Part shown: positions 61,655 through 64,000 of the stretch, piece by piece
Numbering within the stretch: the first letter of the stretch is position 1
Layout of the letters: each line of letters opens with the position of its first letter
Source: Zancudomyces culisetae HAW-14-8
Lineage: Eukaryota > Fungi > Kickxellomycota
Length of the DNA: 64,000 nucleotides
Direction: 5' to 3'
NCBI GenBank assembly: GCA_052426225.1
Contig: JBNJNM010000012.1
Span: 1,426,001-1,490,000 of the forward strand
Program-made: the position numbers and the translations under genes
Notes under the pieces: model-generated
Told to the model about the DNA's origin: nothing
The model's database searches: none
The model's input: the letters and a program-made list of their open reading frames with translations, nothing else

Positions 61655-61727
61655 TGGGAGCTCCGAGGATTGAACTCGGGACCGTACGATCTTCAGTCGC
61701 ACGCTCTCCCAGCTGAGCTAAGCTCCC
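61655..61727 (-). tRNA. tRNA-Phe(GAA), intronless
   Basis: GGGAGCTTAGCTCAGCTGGGAGAGCGTGCGA-CTGAAGA-TCGTA...GAGTTCAATCCTC-GGAGCTCCC-A. Confidence 0.95.
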
Positions 61728-61735
61728 ATATATTT

Positions 61736-62189
61736 TGTTAGCGAATTCCAGGTTCCACCGCTATTGTGTAAAAAATATATTTATTTGATAGAAAAACTAT
61801 ACTATGTACTAATGTTGTTAAGTTTTCATTATAGTAACTATAACTTTAATAAATAGACCAAACTTGTATTTTACGTGTTTATTTGATGATGTTTAAACTA
61901 TCTGAATAACTATCATATTTATACTTTTTTAAAACAACTATTAAACTTAAAACCTAAATATATTTTAAACTTAAAACTATACTAATTAAAATAATATTCT
62001 AGAATGTTGCTGTAGAAAAAATCCAGAAGGATAAAAAAAACTTGGCAACACATAATATACTAAATAACCTATAATAAATATTAACTTATATTAAGAGATA
62101 AACCTAAATATTAATAAATAGAAATAAATATGTAATTGGTAAGTTATTATTATATAATGTCTAGAGGTAGCTCTAGCCACTATATAACA
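61736..62189 (-). mobile_element. Solo LTR-like unit 1 (454 bp; youngest of the Phe stack)
   Basis: TGTTAGCG...TATATAACA, 8 bp from tRNA-Phe 5' end; ATTT on both flanks; ENE-like hairpin 62005-62050. Confidence 0.85.
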
Positions 62190-62192
62190 ATT

Positions 62193-62456
62193 TGTTAGAT
62201 TCAATTTATTATCGATTCTAACTGGTTCTACTAGAGGGGTGGTATTACTAGTCTGGGTTTAACCATTTTAACTAGTTACCACTTTCTAGTCATACATATA
62301 AATGGAACCGGAACATTTATATGGGTCAATATTTGACAATTTATTTAAGATTCAAAATAATAATTTCTTAATACTAAATTTTACTAGAAAAACTAATAAA
62401 ATCACTAACTATAAAATTAACCAATAGTATGCAAACATTCTATTTTGCATACAACA
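62193..62456. mobile_element. Solo LTR-like unit 2 (264 bp, E/H/I-related)
   Basis: TGTTAGAT...ATACAACA; TATT TSD after removing unit 1; gggtca and ttaaccaat blocks as in E/H/I. Confidence 0.8.
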
Positions 62457-62461
62457 TATTG

Positions 62462-62915
62462 TGTTAGCGATTTAGGTTCTTAACCACTATAAAGAATATA
62501 TTTACTATGTTAACTAATATATACTAAGTACTATTTTTAATCAAGTTTTCGCTATTTATGTTAAAGACTTTAGTAAATAGACCAAACTATGTTTATGTGA
62601 TTTATTTGATAACGCTACTACAAGAAAAATATGTAGTATTTAAAATAATATTTTATACTATAATAAACTTAACTATATACCTAAACTACTAATAAACCTA
62701 TAACTATTTTTTTTATATTTGTTCATGCCTAGAAAAAATCCGAATATGAAAAAAACTATGCATGAACCTAGAATTTATGAATAAACTAATAATATACTAT
62801 AACAGATCAAATATTATGATCTACAAAAAGTAATATAAAATTAATATAATAAAACCAATATTATTAGAAGGTAGATTATATAGTGACTAGAGGTGATCTG
62901 CGTCGCTATATAACA
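62462..62915 (-). mobile_element. Solo LTR-like unit 3 (454 bp, family of unit 1)
   Basis: TGTTAGCG...CGCTATATAACA; ATTG on both flanks; ENE-like hairpin 62721-62767. Confidence 0.85.
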
Positions 62916-62917
62916 AT

Positions 62918-63377
62918 TGTTAGCGAAACACAGGTTTACTTCCCTATTGATTTTTATATATTTATTTTGATAGAAATACTATACTAAGTACTATGTTTAA
63001 AATTGTTTTCACTATAGTAACTATGCTTAAATAAATAGACCAAACTTAATAAACTATATTTAATTGATAATGTAATACTAAATGAATATCTAGCCATATT
63101 TATACATTTTAAAAATGACTATTACAATATTCTGAAATAATTTTATACTAATTAATTAAAAATCCAATAAAATATATATTAAATTGAACTAGAGTGTTCC
63201 TGTAGAATTAATCCAGAATGATAAAAAAAACTAGGCAACACATAATATAATAAATAACCTATAATAAATAATATCTTATATTAAATGATAAACCTAAATA
63301 TTAATATAAAAGTATATGAATAACTGTTAAGTTAAAATTATATAATGACTAGAGGTAGCTCTAGCCACTATATAACA
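62918..63377 (-). mobile_element. Solo LTR-like unit 4 (460 bp, close relative of unit 1)
   Basis: TGTTAGCG...ctagaggtagctctagccactatataACA (same end as unit 1); ATAT TSD after reconstruction; ENE-like hairpin 63195-63240. Confidence 0.85.
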
Positions 63378-64000
63378 ATATTGTTAAATTTCGACCCTTT
63401 CTGCTAGTAGTCGTAGTTATTCGTTAATTCGTTGGTTTAAAATTTAATAGAAAAATTAATTATCTACTTGTTTTGTTCGAAACTCTAACTAACTATTAAG
63501 ACTTGTTTATTCTTTTGGTTATTATTCTTTATTTTTTATTGCTAAAAAGTGTTTTTCCTAAAAAGTTGTTCTTCCAAACTGTAAATAAAATTTTTATCTA
63601 TACTATTTTTTTTTCCAAATATTTTGTTATCTCAATTTTTTTGTGTTATCAATTACAATTTGGTTGAATGTAAATGAAAACCATAAGTAATTGTACTTCA
63701 ATCGGAAAAATACGCTTGATGTGTGTGTGTATGCCATCTTTATTTCATTTCGAAAATACTCACCAAATTCTAGAATAGAATTTGATTCGCTAATTTTATG
63801 CTAATAAAATGAGTAAAATTTTATAAAAATTTTTTGCATGAAAATTTTTCACAAATACTTATCAATCTGACTATCATACTTGTTTTGAAATTCTTCACCA
63901 TGCGCAGTGTGCTATGTTTTGGACTACTTCAGTGCTACTGTTTGACTACAGTAGTACGCGCGTAGTCCACGCGTAGTACCCTGCTTATCAATTATTAGCA

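Noticed and set aside
61736-63377. Simple tandem/satellite repeat or MITE cluster
   Set aside because: An unrelated unit is interleaved, each unit has its own TSD, and inverted repeats are only a few to 14 bp. Non-autonomous Ginger-type DNA elements (TGT ends, 4-bp TSD) are not fully excluded, but the ENE-like RNA motif favours LTRs.

Overview
Eukaryotic (fungal) genomic DNA, AT-rich, with short GT-AG introns; gene content and style fit an early-diverging fungus (Zoopagomycota/Harpellales-like is inference only). Coding content: a SUN-domain nuclear-envelope protein running off the left edge (absent from the ORF track), two intronless myosin-motor chitin synthases flanking a DED1 helicase, a type III glutamine synthetase, an XPG/FEN1-family nuclease, a 7-exon RSP5, a 7TM GPCR-like protein, an MCT-type MFS transporter, three secreted proteins (two repeat-built) and a defective Tc1 transposon. 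The most striking structure lies in the apparently empty AT-rich DNA: both tRNA loci (tRNA-His at 5.3 kb; a tRNA-Phe/tRNA-Leu dimer at 61.6 kb) carry, starting 6-8 bp upstream, a contiguous stack of different 230-460 bp TGT...ACA elements (about 12 and 4-5 units). Their overlapping 4-bp target-site duplications can be unpicked one by one, giving an ordered insertion history. Many units carry a UUUUU-CC...GG-UUUUU ENE-like (poly(A) triple-helix) stem-loop on the tRNA-sense strand, which points to solo LTRs of several tRNA-targeting Ty3/gypsy-like families.
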